Source: Hyphomicrobiales bacterium
GTDB taxonomy: Bacteria > Pseudomonadota > Alphaproteobacteria > Rhizobiales > JACESI01
DNA: 64,000 bases
Assembly: GCA_039973685.1 (NCBI GenBank)
Contig: JBDWKL010000020.1
Location: 40,459-104,458 of the forward strand
Reading direction: 5' to 3'
The position numbers and the translations under genes are program-made. This document shows positions 41,064 to 50,647 of the stretch, one piece after another. How positions within the stretch are numbered: position 1 is the first letter of the stretch; every line of letters begins with the position of its first letter. Below the pieces are notes generated by a model. The model searched no databases, was not told the origin of the DNA, and saw only the letters and a program-made list of their open reading frames with translations.

Positions 41064-41999
41064 ATGACAACACTTTTGATTGCCGAACATTCAAACGACG
41101 GCCTATCTGAAGAAACTGCAAAAGCAATGACTGCAGCCGCTGAAATTGGCGCTGCTGTAGACATTCTTGTTGCAGGCAAAGGCTGCCAAGCAGCCGCTGA
41201 TGCAGCCGCAAAACTTGATGGTGCCGCTAAGGTGCTTATGGTTGAGGCAGACGAACTCGCTGTTCAACTTGCAGAGCCAATGGCTGCGCTGATCGTTTCC
41301 ATGGCAGACAGCTATGACACCATCATTGCACCAGCGACAACATCGGGCAAAAACATCTTGCCGCGCGTTGCAGCCTTGTTGGACGTGATGCAGGTTTCTG
41401 AAATCACAGCCGTGAAAAGCGCTGATACGTTTGAGCGCCCAATCTACGCGGGTAACGCGATCCAGACAGTGCAAGCAACAGACTCAAAGCGCGTAATTAC
41501 CGTGCGAACTGCTTCTTTCCAAGCGGTTGGTAGTAGCGGCTCTGCTGGTATCGACAGCGTTGCAGCGGTTGCTGACCCTGCTCTTTCAAGCTTCGTGGAA
41601 AATGCGCTTTCAGAATCTGATCGCCCAGAACTTACATCCGCAAAAATCATCATCTCTGGTGGTCGCGCGCTTGGTTCTGCTGAGAAGTTCCAAGAAGTGA
41701 TCATTCCAGTTGCTGACGCTTTGGGTGCAGCAATTGGCGCTTCACGTGCGGCAGTTGATGCTGGTTACGCTCCAAACGATTGGCAAGTTGGCCAAACTGG
41801 TAAAGTGGTTGCACCAGACCTATACATCGCATGCGGCATTTCAGGCGCTATTCAGCACCTTGCCGGTATGAAAGACTCGAAAGTAATCGTTGCCATCAAC
41901 AAAGATGACGAAGCACCGATCTTCCAAGTTGCTGATTACGGCCTTGTGGCTGACTTGTTTGATGTATTGCCAGAATTTCAGGCAGCGGTTTCTAGTTAA
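41064..41999 (+). CDS. etfA: electron transfer flavoprotein alpha subunit
   Basis: ...IISGGRALGS...GASRAAVDAGYAPNDWQVGQTGKVVAPDLYIACGISGAIQHLAGM... Confidence 0.95.
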   Translation: MTTLLIAEHSNDGLSEETAKAMTAAAEIGAAVDILVAGKGCQAAADAAAKLDGAAKVLMVEADELAVQLAEPMAALIVSMADSYDTIIAPATTSGKNILPRVAALLDVMQVSEITAVKSADTFERPIYAGNAIQTVQATDSKRVITVRTASFQAVGSSGSAGIDSVAAVADPALSSFVENALSESDRPELTSAKIIISGGRALGSAEKFQEVIIPVADALGAAIGASRAAVDAGYAPNDWQVGQTGKVVAPDLYIACGISGAIQHLAGMKDSKVIVAINKDDEAPIFQVADYGLVADLFDVLPEFQAAVSS

Positions 42000-42026
42000 C
42001 CGTTAAGCTCAAATCAAAACTTAAAA

Positions 42027-42063
42027 ATGCGGTGCAACATCATATGTTGCGCCGCATTTTTTT
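42027..42063 (+). terminator. Rho-independent terminator of etfBA
   Basis: 14-bp stem ATGCGGTGCAACAT/ATGTTGCGCCGCAT (one G-U pair) with a 3-nt loop, followed by T7. Confidence 0.88.
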
Positions 42064-42126
42064 ATGCGTAAACTAATGGGACAAAATGCACATAAGAGTG
42101 CCCTTAGAAACAAGCGCGAGTATCAA

Positions 42127-43002
42127 ATGAGTATCAAATCTGTCGGCATAATTGGTGCGGGACAAATGGGCGCAGGCATCGCTCAAATCTCTGCACAGGC
42201 TGGATATCAGGTCGTTATAAACGATCAAAATCAAGCCGGTTTAGATCGAGGTACTGCTGCAATCAGCAAAGGGCTGCAACGGTTAGTTGCTTCTGAAAAG
42301 ATTTCACAAGCAGACTTTGAGGCAAGCCTTCAACGCATCAGCTCAACCCTTACAATGAGTGACCTTTCCGATTGTGATCTTGTGATCGAAGCGGCAACAG
42401 AAAATGAAAAAGTCAAAATTCAAATTCTTACAGAGCTATGTAAAACACTGAAGCCTGAAGCAATTTTGGCAAGCAATACGTCGTCAATTTCAATTACAAG
42501 ACTGGCCTCCGCCTCCGACAGACCTGAACGCTTCATGGGTATTCACTTCATGAACCCAGTTCCTAAAATGCAATTGGTTGAGATGATCCGAGGTATTGCC
42601 ACCAATGATGAGACATTCAAATCAAGCACGAGTTTCATCGACAGTCTCAACAAAACCATCGCCGTCTCAGAAGATTTTCCAGCCTTCATCGTGAACCGCA
42701 TTTTGCTACCGATGATCAATGAAGCAATCTACACTTTGTACGAAGGTGTTGGTTCAATTGAAGCGATCGATACGGCTATGAAGCTTGGCACCAATCATCC
42801 CATGGGGCCATTAGAGCTGGCTGACTTCATTGGCCTTGATACGTGTTTATCGATTATGCAGGTGCTCAACGAGGGCTTGGCTGACACAAAATACCGACCT
42901 TGCCCGCTGCTGGTGAAATATGTTGAAGCGGGATGGCTAGGCCGCAAAACGGGGCGTGGCTTTTACGACTATAAGGGCGATGTTCCTATTCCTACCCGCT
43001 AA
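42127..43002 (+). CDS. hbd: 3-hydroxybutyryl-CoA dehydrogenase
   Basis: MSIKSVGIIGAGQMGAGIAQ Rossmann motif, NTSSISIT, HFMNPVP, GRKTGRGFYDY. I start at ATG 42127 because the track start at 42064 abuts the etfA terminator. Confidence 0.92.
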   Translation: MSIKSVGIIGAGQMGAGIAQISAQAGYQVVINDQNQAGLDRGTAAISKGLQRLVASEKISQADFEASLQRISSTLTMSDLSDCDLVIEAATENEKVKIQILTELCKTLKPEAILASNTSSISITRLASASDRPERFMGIHFMNPVPKMQLVEMIRGIATNDETFKSSTSFIDSLNKTIAVSEDFPAFIVNRILLPMINEAIYTLYEGVGSIEAIDTAMKLGTNHPMGPLELADFIGLDTCLSIMQVLNEGLADTKYRPCPLLVKYVEAGWLGRKTGRGFYDYKGDVPIPTR

Positions 43003-43014
43003 AGCCCTGCCCAA

Positions 43015-43047
43015 TAAAAAACCCACCGACACAACAGTACCGGTGGG
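43015..43047 (-). terminator. Rho-independent terminator of the 43075..44277 gene
   Basis: On the minus strand: CCCACCG/CGGTGGG 7-bp stem with a 12-nt loop, followed by TTTTTTATT. Confidence 0.7.
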
Positions 43048-43074
43048 CAATAGGAGCATTCAAATGGAAAGGCG

Positions 43075-44277
43075 TTAAGACGCCTTCTTCCACATTTTGA
43101 AGAATTCTTTGGAGCCGCATTCTTCTTTTCGTTTGCCGATAATGCGGCGGATTTTTGCAACTGATTGCTCAACCGTTTTATCGCCAAGAACCGAGTAATT
43201 TGCCTTAAGCTCATTTTCTTTGACGAAGTTAGCCGTTGGCACATAAAAGGCTTCGCCTTCCAGCATTTTGGCACCACGCGGATAGCCAACAAGGTTCATC
43301 AATTCCAGACGATCACTCGCCACATTGCCAAGACCTTTTCTCACCGCATAATCACGCACAAAAGCCAGTTTGCTTACCTGAATCATCGGGCCGATATCAA
43401 TATCAAGATTGAGCGCGTGAATAGCACGGCCAAGCTGGGTTCGCCCTAGCGCACGAAATTCTGCCCAATTGTTCTTTCTGCCAGAGTAACGCGCAATATA
43501 TTTTTTCATATCAGCGTTGATAACCTCAACCAGCTTTGCTTTCGCTTTCAGTGCCCGCTTGCGCTTGCCTCTGTTTTGTTTTGCCAAAGCACGAAGGCGG
43601 GTAGAAATGCGTTTTGCTTCAGGACCCTTCATGTTGCCATGCACGGTGCTTGAAGTGTTTGCATTGAGAAGCTGAAAATAACCAAGCGCTGTCGAAAGCG
43701 GACGTCCAACGTAGCTTTTAACCGTACATTTGCTGCTCATTCTCGGAATTTCACCGGAAACGCGGTCATAAGGACCAAGACCGCCCGTCTCAAGCGCGTA
43801 AACACCAATCACTTGTTCAGCCGTTAAGCCATGTCGCTGTGCTTCTAGCGCATAAGAAAATTTATAATCCCGCTCACTATATTTCGGCAGTTTCACACCA
43901 TAGATTTCACGCATTGCTGCACGTAAATCATCTGCACGTGGCAATGTGCTGCGTTTTTTCTTTTTCTTGCCAGTTGAAGCCACCGCATTCGGGTTTTTAG
44001 GACGTTTTGGGCCCGTGTATTTCGGCGGTTGTGACAAGACAAAATGCTTACGTTTAAAGGCTTTGCCAGCCTTGCGACGTTTGGTGCGAACATCTTTCAG
44101 TCGATCAATTTCCGCCCAATAGCGTTTTGTTTTCACCTGAAAAGCATTGTAGGCAGTACGATAAGCGGATAGTTTTTCTTGATATGTCGCAGCACCAGCC
44201 TGCTCAAGACCGGCAAAACCGACCACTGACAAAGCGACTGTCGTGACACAAAGAGAACGTAGAAAAGACCTGACCAT
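43075..44277 (-). CDS. secreted, very basic protein with a possible lysozyme-like (lytic transglycosylase-like) core
   Basis: Signal peptide ...GLEQAGA/AT. Lys/Arg tracts (TKRRKAGKAFKRK, GKKKKKR, GKRKRALKAKAK). VIGVYALETGG and STALGYFQLL resemble the E-S/T and G-L-M-Q motifs of SLT domains. The functional call is weak. Confidence 0.55.
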   Translation of the reverse strand: MVRSFLRSLCVTTVALSVVGFAGLEQAGAATYQEKLSAYRTAYNAFQVKTKRYWAEIDRLKDVRTKRRKAGKAFKRKHFVLSQPPKYTGPKRPKNPNAVASTGKKKKKRSTLPRADDLRAAMREIYGVKLPKYSERDYKFSYALEAQRHGLTAEQVIGVYALETGGLGPYDRVSGEIPRMSSKCTVKSYVGRPLSTALGYFQLLNANTSSTVHGNMKGPEAKRISTRLRALAKQNRGKRKRALKAKAKLVEVINADMKKYIARYSGRKNNWAEFRALGRTQLGRAIHALNLDIDIGPMIQVSKLAFVRDYAVRKGLGNVASDRLELMNLVGYPRGAKMLEGEAFYVPTANFVKENELKANYSVLGDKTVEQSVAKIRRIIGKRKEECGSKEFFKMWKKAS

Positions 44278-44442
44278 ATCGGCGCTCCGAATTAGGTTTG
44301 AATGGAATTACTTAAACGATACTCAGACAATGTTAGTATTAACAAAATATTACTCATAGTCGCTCTCACAATCTATTGATGCATTTTCAACATCAAATGT
44401 GATCGAAATACGCCTATCAGTGGGAATAATTTCACTGAACCA

Positions 44443-45651
44443 TTATTTTTCAGCCACCACGTCAAAAGCAATTGAAATTCGGCGATCCTTCGATTCAAAC
44501 GGCACCGTGTTGTGGAAGAAGTACCCTGGGAAGATGATCAAGCGCCCTTCCTTTGGCTGAATCGTATAGGTATCGGACTCAACGGCGACGGGAAAATCTT
44601 CTGGCGGATAGCCAAGTTGTAAAAACCCGCGCTGATCTTCGCCACTATTGGCTTCATCTGCCTGCATTTCAGATGGCAATTCAGGATAATAGACCATGCC
44701 CAAATAACCATCGAGGTGGATATGAGGCACTAGATTACCGCACCCCTTAAGCAACGTACCCCATGACGTCAATCGAGATTTTTCTGGCCAACGCTTGATA
44801 AAATCATGATCAACCTCAGCCCGTTTGCGCGATAAGTAATCATCAACTTTCGCCGCAATCATTGTCTCTAAATCCGCAACAGGCCCCGCATCATCTTTAG
44901 CATTCGGGCCAATAAGTTCGCGCGTAATATTCAACTGGTCATTGTGATAAGTCGGGTGGTCCTTATCAGGCACCGCCATTGTTGGGTGATTAACAACGTG
45001 GTCAGCAAGCGCCTTATTAAAGGCTTTCATATCCGCATAACCTTCTGGTGCTTCCAAATCATGGACCTCCACCAAATCGTCAAACGCAAATACGGCGCGC
45101 CCTTTTTCGCGCTCACCTTGATGATAATAAGCCATGCCTTCAAACATTGCCGTGTCTGTGCGATGCGGTTCATGCTTTAAAAGCTTACGGCAAAACTCTG
45201 GAATTTCTTTCGTATCGCCAACGACCCATAAAAGCTCTATCAGCAAGCGAAGCGGTTCAGCAGCTCCTTGGCTTAATTCAACAGCCGCGCGAGCCGCTGT
45301 TGCTGCCTTATTAAAAGCGCCAAGCGTTTTATGGGCAAGTGCTAAGCCAAATTGAGCTTTAGCGTTCTCAGGTTCTTGTTTGACGGCGGCACCATAAAGG
45401 GAAGCCGCTTCTTTATACTGCTGCAGATCGAATGCAACGGTTGCAGCCACAACCCGTGCAACATTGCGGTTTGGCTCATGTTTAAGGATCAGTTTAAACC
45501 CAGCAAGCGCCTGCTCAAGACGTCCAGCTTGTCGATCTTTCACTGCATCTTGAAGGATAAGCTGAAGGTTAGGCTGGCCATCGGTCTTTCCTAGCTGGTT
45601 TTTCTTAGCCAGTTTTTCAGCTCGTCGTCTTTCTGCACGCGACATTGCCAT
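44443..45651 (-). CDS. TPR-repeat protein fused to a putative 2OG-Fe(II) oxygenase domain (TIGR02466-like)
   Basis: N-terminal TPR-like helices. C-terminus LVPHIHLDGYLGMVYYPELP...GRLIIFPGYFFHNTVPF...RISIAFDV fits the HxD/H...H double-stranded beta-helix oxygenase pattern. Confidence 0.68.
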   Translation of the reverse strand: MAMSRAERRRAEKLAKKNQLGKTDGQPNLQLILQDAVKDRQAGRLEQALAGFKLILKHEPNRNVARVVAATVAFDLQQYKEAASLYGAAVKQEPENAKAQFGLALAHKTLGAFNKAATAARAAVELSQGAAEPLRLLIELLWVVGDTKEIPEFCRKLLKHEPHRTDTAMFEGMAYYHQGEREKGRAVFAFDDLVEVHDLEAPEGYADMKAFNKALADHVVNHPTMAVPDKDHPTYHNDQLNITRELIGPNAKDDAGPVADLETMIAAKVDDYLSRKRAEVDHDFIKRWPEKSRLTSWGTLLKGCGNLVPHIHLDGYLGMVYYPELPSEMQADEANSGEDQRGFLQLGYPPEDFPVAVESDTYTIQPKEGRLIIFPGYFFHNTVPFESKDRRISIAFDVVAEK

Positions 45652-45682
45652 TATCTGATCTGCCTTCTCTTCAAAATATCAA

Positions 45683-46594
45683 TTAGTGTGCACGGTTCGC
45701 AATAAAACGTGCCATCTCGCGCAATGTGTCTGCCTTGTCACCATAGGGTGCCAATAGCTTTTCAGCTTCTTCAACCTGTTCTTTCAAAAGCGCACGAACA
45801 CCATCAATGCCATGCAATCCAACAAGTGTGGCTTTGCCTTGTTCAGCATCTTTGCCGGTCGCCTTGCCCATGGTTTCAGCATCGGCTGTCGCATCAAGCA
45901 AATCATCAGCCAGTTGGAAGGTAAGACCAACCACTCCACCAAAGCGCACAAGCGTTTGACGGTCTGCCTCATTGGCGCCCGCAACGATTGCACCCATGTC
46001 ACAACCCGTACGGAGCAAAGCGCCGGTTTTCATGGCTTGTAAAGTCCGCACTTCTTTCTCGCTCTTTTCATTGTGCTCAGCGTCAATATCAAGCATTTGA
46101 CCGCCTACCATACCGATAGGCCCAGCCGCCACTGAGAGGCTTTGCACCAATGCGGAGCGAATGGCCGCATCACTGTGCGTTTCTTCAGAAGACAGAATGA
46201 CAAAAGCCTGTGTCAACAAGCCGTCCCCTGCCAAAATAGCCGTTGCTTCATCATATTTCTTGTGGGTGGTTGGAACCCCACGGCGAAGATCATCATCATC
46301 CATCGCTGGCAGATCATCATGCACGAGGGAATAACAATGAATGCACTCAAGAGCTGTCGCTGCACGGCGCACACCTTCATTTTCAACACCGAACAGACGG
46401 GCCGTTTCGATCACCATAAAAGGCCGAACCCGCTTACCACCATTGAGGCTTGCATAACGCATGGCTTCAAATAAGCGGTCAGGCCAGCCAATACCAGCAG
46501 GCGGCGTGAAGGTCAGATACTTGGTGAGATCAGCCTCAACAAGGGAAGCAACATGTTTAAGGCGGTCTTGAAAGGCAGCAGCGGATGACGTCAT
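45683..46594 (-). CDS. ispA: farnesyl diphosphate synthase (polyprenyl synthetase)
   Basis: First and second Asp-rich motifs are present: LVHDDLPAMDDDDLRRG and FQLADDLLD. Confidence 0.9.
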   Translation of the reverse strand: MTSSAAAFQDRLKHVASLVEADLTKYLTFTPPAGIGWPDRLFEAMRYASLNGGKRVRPFMVIETARLFGVENEGVRRAATALECIHCYSLVHDDLPAMDDDDLRRGVPTTHKKYDEATAILAGDGLLTQAFVILSSEETHSDAAIRSALVQSLSVAAGPIGMVGGQMLDIDAEHNEKSEKEVRTLQAMKTGALLRTGCDMGAIVAGANEADRQTLVRFGGVVGLTFQLADDLLDATADAETMGKATGKDAEQGKATLVGLHGIDGVRALLKEQVEEAEKLLAPYGDKADTLREMARFIANRAH

Positions 46595-46663
46595 AAGAGC
46601 AACTTTTTATTTTCGTAAGAATTGATCGTTGTTATTTCACGATTTTGATGCAGGTGCAAAGGG

Positions 46664-47482
46664 GTGCGTGATCAAGTTTTCAGACCTCACTTTTGCAATT
46701 TCCCAAGGAAGCCCTTATTTAAAGCGATAAATCAGGATCTCCATACAGTGACGAAGCAACCAACCAAAAAACGCGCTAAGAAAGCGACCAAGCGGACCCG
46801 CAAACCGTTTTGGCGGCGCCTTATGGGTGGCCTTGTTAAGATTGGTCTTGTGTTGGTGGCGCTTCCCTTGATTTTAGTCCCGCTTTATTCGGTCGTGCCG
46901 CCGGTTTCGACCTTGATGATAAAAGACCTCGTGACCTTGAAAGGGTATAAACGCGACTGGGTGCCTCTCGACGAGATTTCTACCGTCGCTATTCATTCAG
47001 TTATGGTTTCAGAAGATTCTCGCCATTGTATTCACGGTGGCGTTGACTGGGTGGAAATGAAAAAAGCTTGGAGCAGCATCCAAAAAGGGGGGCGCGGGCG
47101 TGGGGCGAGCACTATGACCATGCAAGTCGCCAAGAATTTATTTTTATGGAATAGCCGTTCTTATGTCAGAAAAGCGTTGGAACTCCCTCTTGCGCTTTAT
47201 ATCGACCTGATTTGGTCGAAACGACGCACCATGGAAGTCTATCTCAACATTGCTGAGTGGGGTGACGGCATTTATGGCATTGAAGCCGCAAGCCAACATC
47301 ATTTTAAAAGAGCCGCCAAAAAGCTCAATCGCACTCAATCCGCGCTGCTTGCCGTTTCGCTTCCAAACCCCATAAAACGCAGTGCTGGCAAGCCTTCCAG
47401 AGGGTTGAAACGGCTCGGAAACAAGATCATTTCACGGGCCAGAGCCGCCGGTCCTTATGTGGGATGTTTGAAAGCAAATTAG
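46664..47482 (+). CDS. mtgA: monofunctional biosynthetic peptidoglycan transglycosylase
   Basis: GT51 motifs EDSRHCIHGGVDW and GASTMTMQVAKNLFLW. The start is uncertain (GTG 46664 or GTG 46748). Confidence 0.9.
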   Translation: MRDQVFRPHFCNFPRKPLFKAINQDLHTVTKQPTKKRAKKATKRTRKPFWRRLMGGLVKIGLVLVALPLILVPLYSVVPPVSTLMIKDLVTLKGYKRDWVPLDEISTVAIHSVMVSEDSRHCIHGGVDWVEMKKAWSSIQKGGRGRGASTMTMQVAKNLFLWNSRSYVRKALELPLALYIDLIWSKRRTMEVYLNIAEWGDGIYGIEAASQHHFKRAAKKLNRTQSALLAVSLPNPIKRSAGKPSRGLKRLGNKIISRARAAGPYVGCLKAN

Positions 47483-47626
47483 ACATGTCGTTTTTTTCCA
47501 ACAAACCCCTAGTCAAAACCACCATTTGACTGTATAAGCCAGCACGCTTTCGAATTTGATGTGAGACGGCCCCACGCGTGAGCGATAGAGCGGCCTGTCT
47601 TTTAGAAGAACAAACTGGAGCCCAAC

Positions 47627-47812
47627 ATGGCCGTACCAAAGAGTAAAATTTCCCGCATGAAACGCGGTCATCGTCGTTCTACTGACGCGCTCAAAAACCC
47701 TACATATGTGGAAGACAAGGATTCTGGCGAATTGCGCCGTCCGCACCACATTGACCTGAAAACTGGCATGTATCGCGGTCGTCAGGTTCTTGATGCCAAA
47801 GACGATGTCTAG
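47627..47812 (+). CDS. rpmF: 50S ribosomal protein L32
   Basis: [18 protein letters not shown]... GGAG RBS upstream. Confidence 0.95.
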   Translation: MAVPKSKISRMKRGHRRSTDALKNPTYVEDKDSGELRRPHHIDLKTGMYRGRQVLDAKDDV

Positions 47813-47837
47813 GCTCAAGCATTAAACCTCTTAAAAA

Positions 47838-47861
47838 AGCCAGCTTTTGCTGGCTTTTTTT
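47838..47861 (+). terminator. Rho-independent terminator of rpmF
   Basis: AGCCAGC/GCTGGCT stem with a TTTT loop, then T6. Confidence 0.85.
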
Positions 47862-47929
47862 ATGCCTGAATGCACGATAGGGCCAATCGAATCAGTTGAT
47901 TCCCAACAGCTCTGCCTCAAGGAGGCCTC

Positions 47930-48346
47930 ATGACACTCATTAGACATTTCCCACTGCTCCTCATCCCGTTGGTGATTTACAATCTCTATAGCCTTGGATT
48001 CATTTCCACAGTTGGCAATGTTTGGGGCGCTCAAGCGTTGGGCATTAATCTACCCTCTGGTGCTGAATTTGTGCTGTCGCGTGGCGGTCTTCTAGTCAGT
48101 TTAGGACTGACGCTCTTGTTTTTCGAAATCTTAAAAGCAACCAGAACGGCACAAGCAACCATTCTTGATCACCTGCTTTCCACTTTCGTTTTCATTATTT
48201 TTCTGGTGCAATTCATCATTGAACCGAATGCGGCAACATCAACATTCTTCATTTTGATGTTTATCGCGTTCTTAGACGTTGTTGCGGGTTACACGATCTC
48301 TATCCGCGTCGCATCACGCGATGTTACTTTTGATCGCGGCATATAA
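47930..48346 (+). CDS. small integral membrane protein of unknown function (about 4 TM)
   Basis: 138-aa hydrophobic ORF with AAGGAGG RBS upstream and a strong terminator downstream. Confidence 0.65.
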   Translation: MTLIRHFPLLLIPLVIYNLYSLGFISTVGNVWGAQALGINLPSGAEFVLSRGGLLVSLGLTLLFFEILKATRTAQATILDHLLSTFVFIIFLVQFIIEPNAATSTFFILMFIAFLDVVAGYTISIRVASRDVTFDRGI

Positions 48347-48370
48347 AAAGCTCAACGATCCAATTAAAAA

Positions 48371-48407
48371 AGCCCGGATGATCGACAATCATCCGGGCTT
48401 TTATTTT
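48371..48407. terminator. bidirectional Rho-independent terminator
   Basis: Perfect 12-bp stem AGCCCGGATGAT/ATCATCCGGGCT with a 5-nt loop. It is flanked by A6 upstream and TTTTATTTT downstream, between convergent genes. Confidence 0.92.
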
Positions 48408-48421
48408 GAAAGATAGATTGA

Positions 48422-48850
48422 TTAGCCACAGTCTGCTGAGAGACCAGCAGCTTCGATACCTGCAACAGCCGCCGCTTCATCATTGTCTGATGTGTCGCCT
48501 GTAATACCCACAGCGCCAATAATCGCGCCACCATCACGGATCAGCACGCCACCTGGAACGGGAATGATCTTGCCGCCGGATGCCGCCACAACGCCATCCA
48601 TGAAGTGTGGACGGTCGATACCATTTTGATTGAGCCAGCGCCCACCAACACCAAGCGAAATACAGCCAAAGGCTTTGCCAGTTGCAACATCGGGGCGCAA
48701 CGTTGATGCGCCATCTTGTCTGCCGAGAGCTTTCAGATGCCCGCCCGCATCAAGAACCGAAACTGTCAATGGTTTCAAACCAAGTTCACTGCCTTTAGCC
48801 AAAGCCGCATCAATAATTTTATTGGCTTGCGCCAAAGTCACATTTCCCAT
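48422..48850 (-). CDS. GlcG/HbpS-like (DUF336) putative heme-binding protein
   Basis: 142-aa ORF ...LTVSVLDAGGHLKAL.RQDGA......A.GKA......GG.LIRDGGAIIGAVGITGDTSDNDE, typical of DUF336. Confidence 0.8.
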   Translation of the reverse strand: MGNVTLAQANKIIDAALAKGSELGLKPLTVSVLDAGGHLKALGRQDGASTLRPDVATGKAFGCISLGVGGRWLNQNGIDRPHFMDGVVAASGGKIIPVPGGVLIRDGGAIIGAVGITGDTSDNDEAAAVAGIEAAGLSADCG

Positions 48851-48997
48851 TGTTGGTCTCCTAACCAGTAATTCTTATCGCTGTTTCTACGTTAAATCTC
48901 GACAAGGAGACAAGAGTACATTGCCAACCTCAAGGAATATGTGTTTTTACAATTTTGCAATTAAAAACACATGATTTGCGATCTGTATTGAGTTAAC

Positions 48998-50626
48998 TTG
49001 TCGCAAACGCCTGTTATTTTCAAGACTGGACACACCATGCGCGATTTTCATGATCCAAAACGCTCTCCAATTTACGCAGCTAATGCAGCCCTTTCCACAT
49101 CGCACCCCTTGGCAACAGAAGCAGGCCTCGCCGTTTTAAGGCGTGGTGGCAATGCTGTTGATGCTGGTGTCACCGCTGCGATGGTGTTGGCCGTGGTTGA
49201 ACCTGCCATGACAGCAATTGGCGGTGATGGCTTTGCAATTGTCGCAAAACCAGGCAAACCGCTTTACGGTCTCAATTCATCTGGCCGTGCCGCGAGCGCC
49301 CTTTCAACTGAAATGTTGGCGAGCCAAGGCTGGAGCGAGATGGACACGCTCTCCCCTCATTCTGTTACCGTACCCGGCGTGATCAAATGCTGGGAAAGTC
49401 TGCTTGCAAGCCATGGCACAATTGGCATGGAAGAAGCCTTACAGCCCGCTATCAACGCGGCTGAAAACGGTTTCGTCGTCGCTCCACGGGTTTGGTATGA
49501 CTGGAATGTCGCCCAAGACAAACTTGTCAGCCAAGGCGGCGGGTCACATAATTACCTCGTCAATGGCAAGGCGCCATCGCTTGGATCTATTCACAAGCTC
49601 CCTGCCTTGGCTGCGACCTTGAAGACAATCGCCAAGCAGGGTTCCAAAGGCTTTTATGAAGGTGCGGTTGCTGCTGACATTGTTGCAGAACTCAAAGCAC
49701 GCGGCGGTGTGATGAGCGAGGAAGACCTTGCGAACCACGAAGTCATCATTGAAAATCCTGTTTTTTCTAACTACCGCGACATTCAGCTTGCTGAATTACC
49801 GCCAAATGGCACGGGCATCACAGCGCAAATTATTCTAAATCTGCTAGAGCGCTTCGATCTCGACGCGCTGGACCCGCACGGCCCTGAACGCTTCCACCTC
49901 GAAATGGAAGCAGCCCGTATCGGTTACGCAATCCGCGACACGCATATTGGTGACCCATCCACGATGAATGTTACGGTTGAAGCCTTGATCGATAAAGCTT
50001 TTGCCAAAGGCCTGTCTGCAACGATTGACCCGACAAAGCGCAATGAAAAATTGCCTGATCCTAATCCGAATGCAGGCAGCGACACGATTTACTTATCTTG
50101 TGTTGACCGTGATGGCATGGCGATTTCACTGATCAACTCAGTCTTCAAAGATTTTGGCTCCGGCATCATTACCGATAAAACTGGCATCACCTTGCAAAAT
50201 CGTGGCGGTGGTTTCCGTGTGGAAGCAGGTCATCCCAACACCATTGAAGGTGGCAAGCGCCCACTACACACCATCATTCCAGCCATGAGCATGAAAGACG
50301 GCAAAGTGCAGCATTGCTTTGGTGTTATGGGTGGCCAATATCAACCAGCAGGCCATGCCCACGTCATCACCAATATGCTGGACTTCGGCATGGACCCACA
50401 AGAAGCGCTAGAAAGCCCGCGTGTGTTCTGGGATGAAGATGGCACCATGATGCTGGAACCTACATTGGAACCATTCGTGCTTGAAGGCATGAAAGCAAAG
50501 GGTCATCCAGTTGGCTGGACAAGCTCACCACATGGCGGCGGCCAGATCATTCAGATCGACCATGAAAATGGCGTCCTGATTGCTGGTTCAGACCCACGCA
50601 AAGACGGTTGTTCAATGGGCTTTTAA
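48998..50626 (+). CDS. ggt: gamma-glutamyltransferase family protein (no obvious signal peptide)
   Basis: ...STSHPLATEAGLAVLRRGGNAVDA..., the nucleophile region GSDTIYLSCVDRDG, and ...MGGQYQPAGH... The start may be TTG 48998 or ATG 49037. Confidence 0.88.
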   Translation: MSQTPVIFKTGHTMRDFHDPKRSPIYAANAALSTSHPLATEAGLAVLRRGGNAVDAGVTAAMVLAVVEPAMTAIGGDGFAIVAKPGKPLYGLNSSGRAASALSTEMLASQGWSEMDTLSPHSVTVPGVIKCWESLLASHGTIGMEEALQPAINAAENGFVVAPRVWYDWNVAQDKLVSQGGGSHNYLVNGKAPSLGSIHKLPALAATLKTIAKQGSKGFYEGAVAADIVAELKARGGVMSEEDLANHEVIIENPVFSNYRDIQLAELPPNGTGITAQIILNLLERFDLDALDPHGPERFHLEMEAARIGYAIRDTHIGDPSTMNVTVEALIDKAFAKGLSATIDPTKRNEKLPDPNPNAGSDTIYLSCVDRDGMAISLINSVFKDFGSGIITDKTGITLQNRGGGFRVEAGHPNTIEGGKRPLHTIIPAMSMKDGKVQHCFGVMGGQYQPAGHAHVITNMLDFGMDPQEALESPRVFWDEDGTMMLEPTLEPFVLEGMKAKGHPVGWTSSPHGGGQIIQIDHENGVLIAGSDPRKDGCSMGF

Positions 50627-50647
50627 AAAAGCCTATTTGATGGGGAC

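Noticed and set aside
42064-42126. An upstream start for hbd (MRKLMGQNAHKS...).
   Set aside because: The ATG at 42064 follows directly on the T-run of the etfA terminator. The Rossmann fold begins right after the ATG at 42127, as in typical Hbd proteins.
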